In this document: positions 44,894 to 56,082 of the stretch, in pieces | Layout: each line of letters opens with the position of its first letter | Position numbering within the stretch: the stretch's first letter is position 1 | DNA from: an uncultured Candidatus Saccharibacteria bacterium | GTDB taxonomy: Bacteria > Patescibacteriota > Minisyncoccia > Phycocordibacterales > G965230995 | NCBI GenBank assembly: GCA_965230995.1 | Contig: OZ246398.1 | Span: 144,227 to 208,226, forward strand | Direction: 5' to 3' | DNA: 64,000 nucleotides | The notes under the pieces: model-generated | Database searches by the model: none | What the model was told of the DNA's origin: nothing | What the model saw: only the letters and a program-made list of their open reading frames with translations | Made by a program: the position numbers and the translations under genes

Positions 44894-46867
44894 ATGCCAG
44901 AACCAATTTCATATTTAGAAACTCTAAACCAAGAACAAAAAGATGCAGTGCTCTATACTGATGGGCCGTTACTAATTCTCGCCGGTGCAGGAGCAGGAAA
45001 AACAAAAACAATTACTCATCGAATATTACATTTAATACACAAAGGTATCGCCCCACATAGAATCCTCGCTATAACTTTTACAAACAAAGCCGGCAATGAA
45101 ATGAAAGAGAGGGTAGAAAAATTGATCAGAGAAGATAAAACTTTGAATCTACCCGTCGAAATGAATGAACATCCTTTCGTGAGCACTTTTCACTCTCTCG
45201 GTGTACATATTTTAAGAGAACAAGCAGGAAGAATCGGACTTCCAAAACATTTTTCAATTTTTGATAGAGATGATTCAAAAAAAGCAGTGAAAGAAGCCAT
45301 CGCAAAAGCCGGCCTCGATCCAAAACAATTTGAACCAGGAAAAATATTATCTGCCATATCAAAACAAAAAGGGAATATGGTCACAGCAAAGAGCTTCGCG
45401 CGGAGCGCTAATCAAAGCTATTTTGCCGACATAATAGGAAAAGTTTGGATGGAATATGAAAAAATTCTTGAGAGAGAAAAGGCTCTTGATTTTGATGATT
45501 TGATTTTAAAGACGGCTCTTTTATTAAAAGAAAATGCCGAAGCAAGAGAATATTACCAAAATATTTGGACTCATATACATATCGACGAATATCAAGATAC
45601 AAACAAGGTTCAGTACGAAATAGCAAAACATCTCGCAGACAAAACAAAAAATATTTGTGTCGTCGGCGATATCGATCAAAACATTTACAGCTGGAGAGGT
45701 GCGGATATAAAAAATATTTTAAATTTTGAAAAAGATTATCCTCAAGCAAAAACAATTTTACTCGAAAGAAATTACAGATCAACCCAAACAATACTCACCG
45801 CTGCCAATAGAATTATAGAAAAAAATATTCATCGAAAAGAAAAAAATCTTTACACAGAAAATAATGAAGGAGAGAAAATTTCTCTCTTTGATGCGTACAA
45901 TGAAAATAGTGAAGCGAGATTTGTCGCAAACAAAGCAAAAGAACTTCTCGCAAATAACGTCCCGGGTGAAGAAATTGCAATTTTGTATAGGACAAACTTT
46001 CAATCGAGAGCACTCGAAGAAGCTTGTATCTCTATGCAAGTTCCATATCAGATGCTCGGAGTGAAATTCTTTGAGAGAAAAGAAGTAAAAGATGTTTTGT
46101 CTTATATAAGAGCGAGTCTCAATCCAGATTCTATTTCTGATATAAAAAGAATTATCAATAGCCCGAAGAGGGGAATTGGAAAAACAACTATTTTAAAAAT
46201 ATTTGAAGGAAAAAAAGAAGAGCTTCCTTCTGCTACAAAAAAGAAAGTTGATTCATTCTTTTTGCTACTTTCAAAAATACAAAAAGTTGCTACGACTTCA
46301 AAACCAAGCGATACAGTAAAATATGTAATCAAAGAGACAGGTATTGAAACAGAACTTTCAACAGGTAGCGAAGAAGATATGGAAAGACTTGGAAACGTAA
46401 AAGAGCTCGCAACAATTGCAAGCAACTATGATTTACTTTCTCCCGAAGAGGGAATAGAAAAGCTCTTGTCTGAAAGCGCTCTTGCGACCGATCAAGACAG
46501 TTTGGACACGGAAAAGACAAACAAAGGCATCAAAATGATGACAATCCACGCCTCGAAGGGTCTAGAATTTGATTATGTTTTTATAACCGGTCTTGAAGAC
46601 GGGCTTTTTCCTTCACATAAAGACAATATTCCAAAAGATAGCGAAGAGGGGGAGGAAGAACGAAGACTATTTTATGTTGCTCTCACAAGAGCGAGAAAAA
46701 AGATTTTTCTTTCTTATGCCCAAATGCGGACAATATATGGCTCAAAACAAATGAATATTCCGTCTGAATTCGTATATGATATAGATGATGATTTGGTAGA
46801 AAGAGAAGAAACAGACAGAGAAACACACTATTTGGATGATAAACCGCTATTTAGAATAGATTTTTAG
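44894..46867 (+). CDS. pcrA: ATP-dependent DNA helicase PcrA/UvrD
   Basis: 657 aa; Walker A AGAGAGKTKT and SF1 helicase motifs (TFHSLG, VVGDIDQNIYSWRGA). Confidence 0.9.
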   Translation: MPEPISYLETLNQEQKDAVLYTDGPLLILAGAGAGKTKTITHRILHLIHKGIAPHRILAITFTNKAGNEMKERVEKLIREDKTLNLPVEMNEHPFVSTFHSLGVHILREQAGRIGLPKHFSIFDRDDSKKAVKEAIAKAGLDPKQFEPGKILSAISKQKGNMVTAKSFARSANQSYFADIIGKVWMEYEKILEREKALDFDDLILKTALLLKENAEAREYYQNIWTHIHIDEYQDTNKVQYEIAKHLADKTKNICVVGDIDQNIYSWRGADIKNILNFEKDYPQAKTILLERNYRSTQTILTAANRIIEKNIHRKEKNLYTENNEGEKISLFDAYNENSEARFVANKAKELLANNVPGEEIAILYRTNFQSRALEEACISMQVPYQMLGVKFFERKEVKDVLSYIRASLNPDSISDIKRIINSPKRGIGKTTILKIFEGKKEELPSATKKKVDSFFLLLSKIQKVATTSKPSDTVKYVIKETGIETELSTGSEEDMERLGNVKELATIASNYDLLSPEEGIEKLLSESALATDQDSLDTEKTNKGIKMMTIHASKGLEFDYVFITGLEDGLFPSHKDNIPKDSEEGEEERRLFYVALTRARKKIFLSYAQMRTIYGSKQMNIPSEFVYDIDDDLVEREETDRETHYLDDKPLFRIDF

Positions 46868-46902
46868 GTGATTTTTTGGTTAAACTGCTGTACTATTATT
46901 AT

Positions 46903-47691
46903 ATGTTTCAAAAGAAATCACTCGGACAGAATTTTCTGAATAATCCTGTTATTTTGGACAAAATTGTAACAGCAGGAGAAACTCAAAAAGGCGATATTAT
47001 CTTGGAAATAGGCCCTGGAAAGGGAACTCTAACAGAAAAACTCTTGGAAAAGGGGGCAATTGTCTATGCTGTAGAAAAAGATGACCGTTTAATACCATTT
47101 CTAGAGGAAAAATTCAAAAAATATGCTGATAATAAACACTTTTTTCTAATAAGTGGGGATATCGCAGAAATGGATATTGATGATATTGGTATAAAAACAG
47201 ATTATAAAATAATCGCAAATATTCCGTATTACATTACAGGTCTAATAATCAGAAAATTCCTCGAAAGCCAAAAACAGCAAAAAACAATGGTTATTTTGGT
47301 TCAAAAAGAAGTAGCCGACAGAATTTGTGCCAAAGACGGCAAGGAAAGTCTTCTTTCTGTTTCAATAAAGGCTTATGGCGAACCTTTTTCTCTTGGAACA
47401 GTCAAAAAAGGCAATTTTTCACCAGCACCAAAGGTTGATTCGGCAATTCTTGCCATAAAAAACATATCGAGAGACTTCTTTACACGGGAAAATATCTCCG
47501 AAGAAGATTTTTTTAGTGTAATTAAGACTTGTTTTGCCGGAAAAAGAAAAATGCTCCGCGGAAAAATAAAAGACTTTTCGAAAGAAAAAAATGCGGAGGA
47601 AATTCTCCAAAAAATAAATATCAAAAGTGACGCTAGGGCAGAGGATCTGTCTCTTTTAGATTGGGCAAATCTCACAAAAAATTTGCTTTAA
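46903..47691 (+). CDS. rsmA: 16S rRNA (adenine1518/1519-N6)-dimethyltransferase
   Basis: SLGQNFL and LEIGPGKGTLT motifs; start taken at MFQKKSLGQNFL. Confidence 0.85.
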   Translation: MFQKKSLGQNFLNNPVILDKIVTAGETQKGDIILEIGPGKGTLTEKLLEKGAIVYAVEKDDRLIPFLEEKFKKYADNKHFFLISGDIAEMDIDDIGIKTDYKIIANIPYYITGLIIRKFLESQKQQKTMVILVQKEVADRICAKDGKESLLSVSIKAYGEPFSLGTVKKGNFSPAPKVDSAILAIKNISRDFFTRENISEEDFFSVIKTCFAGKRKMLRGKIKDFSKEKNAEEILQKINIKSDARAEDLSLLDWANLTKNLL

Positions 47692-47729
47692 TTTTGTAGG
47701 ACAGAGTTTGGGGTGATATAATTGTATTT

Positions 47730-48653
47730 GTGAAATATCTAAAATACACAATCTATATTTTGATAATCTGTGCAATAATTTTTGGCGGATGGTTTCTATA
47801 TGGAAGAAAGCAACAAGAAAATATTTACAAATCAAACTTTATTGCAATAGACACAAAAACTCTCACTACAGAAACAGACACTGATAGCGATGGACTCAAA
47901 GATTGGGAAGAGATTCTTTGGAAAACAAACCCATCTATTGCCGACACAGATGAAGACGGAACAGACGACGGGACAGAAATCAAAGACGGCAGGGACCCAA
48001 CAATAAAAGGCCCAGCTGATACATTAAAGAGAGCAGTTAGTTCTCAAACCAGTGATCTTGCAGAAAATCTTTTCGGTTTCTATCTAAACGAAAGAAAAAC
48101 AGCGGGGGATATTTTACCTGGAACAAGTGAAAAATTGGTAGCAGAAGCCCTCGCAAAAGCCTCAAAACCCAATGAATATAGCCTTATTTCAGAAAAGAAC
48201 ATTAAAACAAATTCTGATAACACAGTAGCAGGGTATAAAGAATACGGAAAAAATATAGCTACGATTATGTCCGAAGTCTCAGCCCAACCAAACGAAGTCC
48301 TAATATTAGCAAAGGCGCTAGAAATGAAAGATGAAAATGTTCTTGCCGAATTGGATCCTTCGATAAAAATGTACAGAAAAATACTTGGGGAAATAACAAA
48401 TACACCAGTACCGAGCAAACTCGCATCAAAACATTTAGATCTCATAAATACAACTATAAAAGTAGTCACTGATATCGAAGGGATAAGAGGTGTTTTCTCT
48501 GATTCTCTTTTGGCATTTTCATCAATCACTTCATATTCACAAAATATTATAAGTCTTGAAAGTTCTCTAAGGGTAATTGGATCTGCTCTAAAACAAAAAG
48601 GTGTCGAGTATTCCACAGATGAAATTGGTTATGGTCTTGTAAATGTTCTATAA
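47730..48653 (+). CDS. membrane-anchored protein with thrombospondin-type-3-like calcium-binding repeats (first gene of T4SS-like operon)
   Basis: N-terminal TM; DTDSDGLKDWEE and DTDEDGTDDGTE repeats. Confidence 0.5.
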   Translation: MKYLKYTIYILIICAIIFGGWFLYGRKQQENIYKSNFIAIDTKTLTTETDTDSDGLKDWEEILWKTNPSIADTDEDGTDDGTEIKDGRDPTIKGPADTLKRAVSSQTSDLAENLFGFYLNERKTAGDILPGTSEKLVAEALAKASKPNEYSLISEKNIKTNSDNTVAGYKEYGKNIATIMSEVSAQPNEVLILAKALEMKDENVLAELDPSIKMYRKILGEITNTPVPSKLASKHLDLINTTIKVVTDIEGIRGVFSDSLLAFSSITSYSQNIISLESSLRVIGSALKQKGVEYSTDEIGYGLVNVL

Positions 48654-48663
48654 TAGATAAAGG

Positions 48664-50013
48664 ATGTCAGGACGAAATCCTTACGCGTTTGGTTTTGCAA
48701 AAGCCAGCATTATTGTTGGAGTTTTCTGTTTGGTTTTTTCTCCACTTTTTCCTATGCCCGAGAAAAAAGCCGAGGCACAAATTGCATCTGCAGTTGGGAG
48801 CATAGCTGCTTGTTTCGGAATCAGTGCTCTTTTTAATATCGCAAGTGGTGCCGCTACTGTTGCTAACGCTGTTCTAGCTGTTCCCGTCAGCGATGCAGTA
48901 ACACAAATGAACACAAACCTCACACAGGGCAACACTGCAAGCTCTCTCAACAAGGAATGTTCTCTAGACACAATCGGTTTTGCTATTGCAAAAGTCATAT
49001 TGGAAGATATGGCGAATAATTTTATAAACTACATAAACAACGGCTTCGAAGGTGATCCTTTCTTTATCTCTTCACCTGGCGAATATTTCAAAGGGTTGGC
49101 TGACGAAATAGTAGGGGAATTTCTTTCACAGGCAGGTCTAGATTTTCTCTGTAAACCATTCCAACTGCAATTACGAAATGCTCTCAAAATACAATATGGT
49201 GGCGGAGGTAAAGCAAAATACAGAGAAAAAGGTTGTACTCTTACAGATATTGTCGGCAACGTCGATGGCTTTATCGAAGGTAATTTTGAAGATGGAAACT
49301 GGCTCGGCTTTATCGAAATAACACAAAATCCAAACAACAACCCCGTCGGAGCATTCCTTTCAATCCAAGGTGAAATCGACGATAGAATCGCTGCTAAATT
49401 GGGAGTTGAAAACAAATTGCTCGATTGGAATATGGGATTCTTTTCACAAAAGGTAAAGGGACCAGACGGCGTCGAGAGAATTGTCACACCAGGAAGCCAG
49501 ATAGAGAATCAGCTCGCACTGCATCTCGGAAGTGGGGTAAGACAACTTGAACTCGCAGACGAATTCAACGAAATATTGAGCGCCCTTTTCACTCAGCTTC
49601 TAAAACAGGCTTTCTCAAAAGAAGGTATAGCAGGTTATGTTAAACCAGCAGACGACACAGCGACATACGAAGAAGATATGGCTGAACTAAAAATCGAAGG
49701 TGAAGGATTGATCGAAGAAGCAAGATTCCTCGTTACAGATAATCCGGGTAGACTTTCTACAGTAGATATCGCTAACCTCGATTACTATTCAAGAGCAATA
49801 AACGACGCAATTGCAAAAAACAATAGAATCGACCTAAGCAATGCAAATGTGTTTATGGCACAAAAGATCAAAGAAATAAAAGACAGAATCGCAGAGGAAG
49901 ACGGAACACCTCCTCCACCAGAAGACAATCCTGATGATCCGCCCGAAGAAGAAGATGACCCAGGAGACATTGGTGACGCCCCAGAACAAAACCCATTTGG
50001 TGACGATGAATAA
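48664..50013 (+). CDS. membrane-anchored protein with acidic Pro-rich C-terminus (T4SS-like operon)
   Basis: 449 aa; N-terminal hydrophobic helices; tail EDGTPPPPEDNPDDPPEEEDDPGD. Confidence 0.5.
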   Translation: MSGRNPYAFGFAKASIIVGVFCLVFSPLFPMPEKKAEAQIASAVGSIAACFGISALFNIASGAATVANAVLAVPVSDAVTQMNTNLTQGNTASSLNKECSLDTIGFAIAKVILEDMANNFINYINNGFEGDPFFISSPGEYFKGLADEIVGEFLSQAGLDFLCKPFQLQLRNALKIQYGGGGKAKYREKGCTLTDIVGNVDGFIEGNFEDGNWLGFIEITQNPNNNPVGAFLSIQGEIDDRIAAKLGVENKLLDWNMGFFSQKVKGPDGVERIVTPGSQIENQLALHLGSGVRQLELADEFNEILSALFTQLLKQAFSKEGIAGYVKPADDTATYEEDMAELKIEGEGLIEEARFLVTDNPGRLSTVDIANLDYYSRAINDAIAKNNRIDLSNANVFMAQKIKEIKDRIAEEDGTPPPPEDNPDDPPEEEDDPGDIGDAPEQNPFGDDE

Positions 50014-50016
50014 AAA

Positions 50017-52329
50017 ATGAAAAAAATATTATCCGCATTTGTAATATCAATAGTAACAGCAGTTTCATTGCTTTTGCCTTTTAGTGCAAATATTTCCGGA
50101 CACAATCTAAGCATCGGAATCGGATATCAGAGCGCTTCTGCACAAGATACAACCAATCAACCTGAACCGAGTTTTGCAGAATCAGTTGCATCATACATTA
50201 CAAAAGGATTGTCAGTATGGCTCACACAACAATTGTATGTTTTATATGCAATCTGCGCACTGCTTATGTTTATTGCTGGTTTTATATTAAACCTCGTAAT
50301 TGAACTTACAATTGTAGACCCAGAATTATTATTACCGAGAACTGTTATATCGAGCCTGTGGGTAATATTCCGCGATATTGCAAATGCTACTTTCCTTTTT
50401 GTGCTCCTTTACGGTGCCATTCAAACAATGCTTGGCCTTGCTGGTGCGGGTGTTAAAAAATTAATACTAAATGTCGTTATCGTTGCTATTGTTGTGAACT
50501 TTTCTCTCTTTGCTACCCGAGTTGCCATAGATTTTTCAAATATTTTGACTTTGGCTGTTTACAATCAAATAATGGGAAAAACAGAAAAAGCTCCATCTAA
50601 AGGTTTAAATCCTCTTACTGGTGACTTCAGTTTGAAGAACGCAGAATCAAAAATGGCAGAGATGGCACAGGAGCTCGGTGGTGGACTCTCAGGAAAATTT
50701 ATAAGTGCAACTGGTCTCCTAAAATCATTAACACTATCTGTGGATCTCAAAGCAGATATTGCGAACTTCGTTACAATACCAGTAAAAATCGTGGTTTACA
50801 GTATCTTCCTCCTTATCTCTGCAGCAATGCTGTTTTCAGTGTCGGTAGTATTTTTGATTAGATTCGTGGTAGTTGTATTTTTGATGGTCTTATCACCGAT
50901 AGCGTTTGTCGGTTTTATACTGCCTTCGCTCAGAAGTAAACTGACCAGCAAATGGACGGATTATCTAATGAACGCAATGTTCTTTCCGCCTTTGTTTTTC
51001 CTTTTAACGTATTTGTCGCTAAAGATAATTGATGGTCTGAACAAAAGCTGGACTGTAGGTTCAAGTAATAATTTTGCAATAGAAATTGTTTCTATCGGTT
51101 TTTCACTATTTATATCAGGATTCTTTTTGATGACACCCCTACTAGCGGCTACTATATTTAGCGCAAAGGGAACCGAATTTATGAGTAGCTTTACAAAAGG
51201 AGTGAGTGGAAAGATAAAAGGTTTTGCAGGACAAGGAGCAAATATTGCTTCAAGGAATACTCTTGGAAGAGGTGGAAGATGGATGGAATCTAAATTTAAA
51301 GATTCAAAGTTTATGAATCTAGCCCCAATGAGAGACCTACGTGCTGCCACAACACAAAGATTAGAGGGTATAAAATTTGGCGGTGGAAGATCTCTTGAAG
51401 AAGCTGAAAAAGAAAGCCGAACGACTGCAAAATTACAATCAGAAATTAACGACAGAAGCAAATTTGCAAGCAATCAAGCAAATTATGCTAATGCGAAGGC
51501 AGAATACGATAGAATCGACAGAATGCCAGATAAGACAGACGCAGAAAAAGCAGCAAAAGAAAGCGCATTTGAGACGTTCAGAGGTACGGACAACGCAAAA
51601 ATTCTACGAGAGACAAGAGAATATGTTGAAGGTTGGGGAGCAAATGATATCAAGGATAACAAAGATGATATTAAAAGAAATAGCGCCGACGAAGCCATTC
51701 ACATTAAAGACTCCGCTCTCGAGGCTTACGCCAAAACAGACGACCCAGAAGCAAAAAGTTTTGTTGACGAAATTTACAAAAAGAAACTACAGAATCTACG
51801 GACCGTCCTTGGTACTCCAGGGGTTACTTCGGACAACATAAAGAAAGCAGTCTCTGGTTTGTCAAACGAAGCATTAAAACGTTTGGAATTCAATGAATTG
51901 CGTACGATAATGACAAAAGCAGGAGGGGCAATCAAAGGGGAAAAACTAAAAGATATAACGAAGTCACTCCCTCCTGAAGACAAAAAATTACTCCAGGCAG
52001 ATCGTGAAAAACATTTTAAAGAAGAGGCGGTAAAGGCCAACGGAAAGGCGGTAGCTTCTGGAATTGATGTTAGTGAGATTGAAAATTTTAGTGATAACTT
52101 CTTGGAAAGTAACGAGATTGTTCCGTACCTTTCACCCGCAATGCTTCAGAGGCTCGTTAATGAAAAAAACACAACTAACTTTCTAGAAATTGGTAAAATA
52201 CTAGTAGGCATTGACAGCGGGACAATACCACCAACTCCGATGGATACAGCTGGGGCAGCAAAAGCTGGGGCAGCAAAACTTCTTAAGTTTTTGAGAGGTA
52301 AACCGGTAGGTGGAACATTTGGATTATAA
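50017..52329 (+). CDS. VirB6/TrbL-like polytopic membrane protein with long charged C-terminal extension
   Basis: 770 aa; signal peptide; about 7 TM helices across residues 60-390, then a 380-aa K/E-rich helical tail. Confidence 0.55.
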   Translation: MKKILSAFVISIVTAVSLLLPFSANISGHNLSIGIGYQSASAQDTTNQPEPSFAESVASYITKGLSVWLTQQLYVLYAICALLMFIAGFILNLVIELTIVDPELLLPRTVISSLWVIFRDIANATFLFVLLYGAIQTMLGLAGAGVKKLILNVVIVAIVVNFSLFATRVAIDFSNILTLAVYNQIMGKTEKAPSKGLNPLTGDFSLKNAESKMAEMAQELGGGLSGKFISATGLLKSLTLSVDLKADIANFVTIPVKIVVYSIFLLISAAMLFSVSVVFLIRFVVVVFLMVLSPIAFVGFILPSLRSKLTSKWTDYLMNAMFFPPLFFLLTYLSLKIIDGLNKSWTVGSSNNFAIEIVSIGFSLFISGFFLMTPLLAATIFSAKGTEFMSSFTKGVSGKIKGFAGQGANIASRNTLGRGGRWMESKFKDSKFMNLAPMRDLRAATTQRLEGIKFGGGRSLEEAEKESRTTAKLQSEINDRSKFASNQANYANAKAEYDRIDRMPDKTDAEKAAKESAFETFRGTDNAKILRETREYVEGWGANDIKDNKDDIKRNSADEAIHIKDSALEAYAKTDDPEAKSFVDEIYKKKLQNLRTVLGTPGVTSDNIKKAVSGLSNEALKRLEFNELRTIMTKAGGAIKGEKLKDITKSLPPEDKKLLQADREKHFKEEAVKANGKAVASGIDVSEIENFSDNFLESNEIVPYLSPAMLQRLVNEKNTTNFLEIGKILVGIDSGTIPPTPMDTAGAAKAGAAKLLKFLRGKPVGGTFGL

Positions 52330-52331
52330 AA

Positions 52332-53165
52332 ATGAAAAACATTCCAAAAGATTTATTGAAAAAAATTACGTCCGATGAAACAAATTCATTTATAGATGAA
52401 ATGATAGTTTCAAATGGCTTTACCGAAGAGCAAGGATCTGCTCTCGGTAATGAAACTGGTAGATACATGTTAGGAAAAACAAAATCTGATCGTTTTGTTC
52501 CTAATTTGATGTATAGAATGGATATAAACAGAACTACGGCAGAAGCAATAAAAGAAAAAATAGATCAGGAGCTTGTCGCGCCAGTACGGGCTTCATTTGA
52601 ATTTGCTCAAGCAAATGATTTATTTTCTGAAAACACCAATGAAGTCAAAGTGTCTGTTTCAAATCAAAATACAGAAGAAGACAATGGGGGAGTCGATATA
52701 ATGAAAGAATCTCCAGAAAAACAAGAGAGCACTGAAACTAATCCTAAAAAGGAACAGATAGTAAGCGATATAGAAAACCCTCTACACAAACAAGAATCTG
52801 CCACAGCAAAAGAAAATGATTCATATTCTAACTACACACCACTTAATGTAATTAAGGACGATGTCTTGAAGGGAATAGAAGACCCTGTAAAAGAGACCCC
52901 GCCAGCACCAGAAGAAAGCGAGGCAACAGAACTTGATTTGGAACTGGATGCCATATTAAAAAAACCTAGAGTATCAAGCCAAATCGAGCCAGATTTACCA
53001 ACAGAAAACCCTCGGGATATTCCAAAATTTACTGAAAGCCACACACAAACACCGCCCGTAACAGCATCAAAAAATCCTGAACAAAAAAGACCAGCAATTG
53101 ATATTAGACCATCGTCTGGTTCAGCTTATAAAAGTGGGGACCCGTACAGAGAACCAATAGAATAG
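52332..53165 (+). CDS. hypothetical acidic soluble protein (T4SS-like operon)
   Basis: 277 aa ORF, 3-nt spacing. Confidence 0.5.
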   Translation: MKNIPKDLLKKITSDETNSFIDEMIVSNGFTEEQGSALGNETGRYMLGKTKSDRFVPNLMYRMDINRTTAEAIKEKIDQELVAPVRASFEFAQANDLFSENTNEVKVSVSNQNTEEDNGGVDIMKESPEKQESTETNPKKEQIVSDIENPLHKQESATAKENDSYSNYTPLNVIKDDVLKGIEDPVKETPPAPEESEATELDLELDAILKKPRVSSQIEPDLPTENPRDIPKFTESHTQTPPVTASKNPEQKRPAIDIRPSSGSAYKSGDPYREPIE

Positions 53166-53202
53166 ATTTCGTGTTTTTTGATTTAGGTTCTATACTATAT
53201 GT

Positions 53203-53631
53203 ATGCAATTTCAAGTTCCTCAATATATAGAAGAAGATGACAAAATATTTTGGATGCTTTCTTTCAAACAAGCAATTTATATTGCCGGCGGTTTGGGTAT
53301 ATCTTTTGTAATCTACTACTTTTTAGGTTCACTATTATTTTCAATTCCTTTTATTGTACCGGTTCTTGTATTATCAGGATTACTAGCTTTCTACAGACAT
53401 AACAATAGACCCTTTATTTTCCTACTGGAAGCAATGTTCTACTATATGCTTAGCGACAAATTGTTCATCTGGAAAAAGATTCCAAAATATAATAATGAAA
53501 AAAGTACAGAAAAAGTAGAAAAAACAACAGACGAATTATCTATACCACGAGTAACCCAAGGTAACATCCATAATCTTTCTTGGAAACTGGATATGAATAT
53601 CGATGAAAAAAATGTGGATAAGCGAATATGA
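53203..53631 (+). CDS. small two-TM protein (PrgI/VirB3-like candidate)
   Basis: 142 aa; two adjacent TM helices; immediately upstream of the VirB4 ATPase, as VirB3-type proteins usually are. Confidence 0.45.
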   Translation: MQFQVPQYIEEDDKIFWMLSFKQAIYIAGGLGISFVIYYFLGSLLFSIPFIVPVLVLSGLLAFYRHNNRPFIFLLEAMFYYMLSDKLFIWKKIPKYNNEKSTEKVEKTTDELSIPRVTQGNIHNLSWKLDMNIDEKNVDKRI

Positions 53632-53643
53632 TATAATTAACTC

Positions 53644-54273
53644 ATGGCAATATCTTCAAAAACAGCACAAGAATTTGTACCGATAAAAGAAATCCGAAAC
53701 GAAACTGTCATAATGAAAGACGGATCTCTTCGTGGCGTTGTTTTGTGTTCTTCAATAAACTTTGCCCTCAAATCCGAGGATGAAAGAATGGCTGTTTTGG
53801 CGCAGTTTCAAAACTTTCTGAACTCACTCGATTTTGAAGTCCAGATATCAGTACAATCGAGAAAACTTGATATAAAATCATATCTTTCATTACTTGAAAC
53901 AAGAGAGGGGCAACAGATTAATGACCTGATGAGGATACAATTGAAAGAATATGTTGCTTTCATAAAGGATCTCACCGAAAAGATAAACATAATGACAAAG
54001 AATTTCTTTATTGTCGTTACATACAAACCATCAATCACAAGCGGGGAATCGGGGGTAGGAATACTAAAATTCGGTAAAAAACAAAGCGCCGAAGAAAAAA
54101 ATCAAACATTCGGAGAATCAAAATCACAGCTCGACGAAAGAATATCATTCGTGATGCAGGGTATTACCAGAACTGGAGTACGTGCAGAAAGACTTGGAAC
54201 CGAAGAGTTAATAGAATTGTATTATAGAACATTTAACCCAGGGGATACACAAGACCCTGCCAGAGCAATGTAA
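53644..54273 (+). pseudogene. VirB4/TraE-type conjugation ATPase, N-terminal portion (split from the C-terminal portion by a frame change)
   Basis: 209 aa resembling Gram-positive VirB4 N-domains; the next ORF starts 2 nt later in a different frame; 209 + 601 aa equals typical VirB4 length. Confidence 0.5.
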
Positions 54274-54274
54274 T

Positions 54275-56080
54275 ATGTCTTTATTAGATTTTTTCAAAAA
54301 AAATAAAACGACAACAGAACCCGTTTTGCCACAGGATATTTATGATGCGTCTGTTTTGGAATTGCAGGATGTCATTGCCCCAAGCGCACTCAAAATAAAT
54401 TCAAAAGAGACAATGATTTCTGGGATGATGGTTAGATCATATTTTGTCGTTTCATATCCTAGATTTGTTGGGGAAGACTGGCTTTCTCCTATTGTAAACC
54501 TAGACAAAGTATTTGATATTTCAATTTTTGTACATCCAATAGATACTTCTGTTATTCTAAAAAAATTCCAGAAAAAAGTAGCTGAAGTAGAAAGCCAAAT
54601 AAATGAACGCCAAGAAAAAGGACTCGTTAGAGATCCAAAACTAGAAATTGCATATCAAGACCTCGAAAATCTTAGAGATCAATTACAGCAAGCATCAGAA
54701 AAAATGTTTGATGTTGGTTTGTACATTTCTTTGTACGGAAAAGACGAAGCAGAAATAGATAAAGTAGAATTGGAAATAAAATCAATTTTGGAATCAAAAC
54801 TTATCTATGTTAAACCTGCTCTATTCCAACAAAAAGAGGGTTTTCTTTCTATGATTCCAACTGCTGACGATGCCTTGATGGTGCATACAAAAATGAATTC
54901 CTCTCCACTCTCGAGCACCTTTCCTTTTGTATCGTTTGACCTCACGTCTGATAGGGGAATATTGTATGGACTAAACAGACATAATTCAGGTCTTATACTT
55001 TTTGATAGATACTCGCTTGAAAACTACAATTCTATTACTTTTGCAAAATCTGGTTCAGGAAAATCTTATGCAACAAAACTAGAAATCCTTCGAACTTTGA
55101 TGTTTGATACCGAGGTTATAGTAGTTGACCCAGAAAAAGAATATCAGTACCTCGCCGAAGCAGTGGGGGGCAGATTCTTTAATATTTCTCTTAACTCTGA
55201 ACACCACATAAATCCATTTGAATTACCAACTCCAGGAGAAGACGAATCGGCAGAAAGCGTTCTTCGTTCAAACATCATAAACCTTGTTGGTTTGTTTAGA
55301 ATTATGCTTGGTGGTCTTTCTCCAGAAGAAGACGCAATAATCGACCAAGCCATAATGCAAACTTATGCATTAAAAGACATTACACCTGATTCAGATTTCA
55401 GAAATATCGAACCTCCACTTATGTCAGACTTTGAATTGGTGCTCTCTGGTATGCAAGGCGGAGAATCTCTCGCACAGAGACTCACAAAATATACAAAGGG
55501 TACTTGGGCTGGGTTCATAAACCAACCATCAAATATTGATATGAACAAAAAGCTTGTTGTATTTTCACTTCGAGATATGGAGGACGAGCTAAAGCCTATT
55601 GCAATGTATATTATTATGCATTACATCTGGAACACAGTCAGAAAGGATATCAAAAAGAGACTTCTTGTTATTGATGAAGCGTGGTGGATGATGAAATCCG
55701 AAGACACCGCATCATTTTTGATGGGACTTGTTAAAAGAGGGCGAAAATATTATCTTGGTGTATCTACAATCACACAAGACGTCGAAGACTTTTTGCGATC
55801 ACCATATGGAAAACCTATTATCACAAACTCTTCAATACAAGTCTTACTCAAACAATCTCCGTCAGCTGCCGACGTTCTACAAAATGTTTTTAATCTAACA
55901 GATGAAGAAAAATACACATTGCTTGAATCTGGAGTAGGAGAGGGGATTTTCTTTGCTGGAATAAAACACGCAGCTATAAAAGTCTATGCTTCTTATACAG
56001 AAGACCAGATTATTACATCTGACCCATCACAGTTACTTGCTATAAAAAAAGCAAAAGAAGAATTAAGAAATAGCCTTTAA
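54275..56080 (+). CDS. VirB4/TraE-type type IV secretion ATPase (C-terminal ATPase portion)
   Basis: Walker A FAKSGSGKSY; Walker B RLLVIDEAWWMM; motif GRKYYLGVSTITQDVEDF. Confidence 0.8.
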   Translation: MSLLDFFKKNKTTTEPVLPQDIYDASVLELQDVIAPSALKINSKETMISGMMVRSYFVVSYPRFVGEDWLSPIVNLDKVFDISIFVHPIDTSVILKKFQKKVAEVESQINERQEKGLVRDPKLEIAYQDLENLRDQLQQASEKMFDVGLYISLYGKDEAEIDKVELEIKSILESKLIYVKPALFQQKEGFLSMIPTADDALMVHTKMNSSPLSSTFPFVSFDLTSDRGILYGLNRHNSGLILFDRYSLENYNSITFAKSGSGKSYATKLEILRTLMFDTEVIVVDPEKEYQYLAEAVGGRFFNISLNSEHHINPFELPTPGEDESAESVLRSNIINLVGLFRIMLGGLSPEEDAIIDQAIMQTYALKDITPDSDFRNIEPPLMSDFELVLSGMQGGESLAQRLTKYTKGTWAGFINQPSNIDMNKKLVVFSLRDMEDELKPIAMYIIMHYIWNTVRKDIKKRLLVIDEAWWMMKSEDTASFLMGLVKRGRKYYLGVSTITQDVEDFLRSPYGKPIITNSSIQVLLKQSPSAADVLQNVFNLTDEEKYTLLESGVGEGIFFAGIKHAAIKVYASYTEDQIITSDPSQLLAIKKAKEELRNSL

Positions 56081-56082
56081 TT

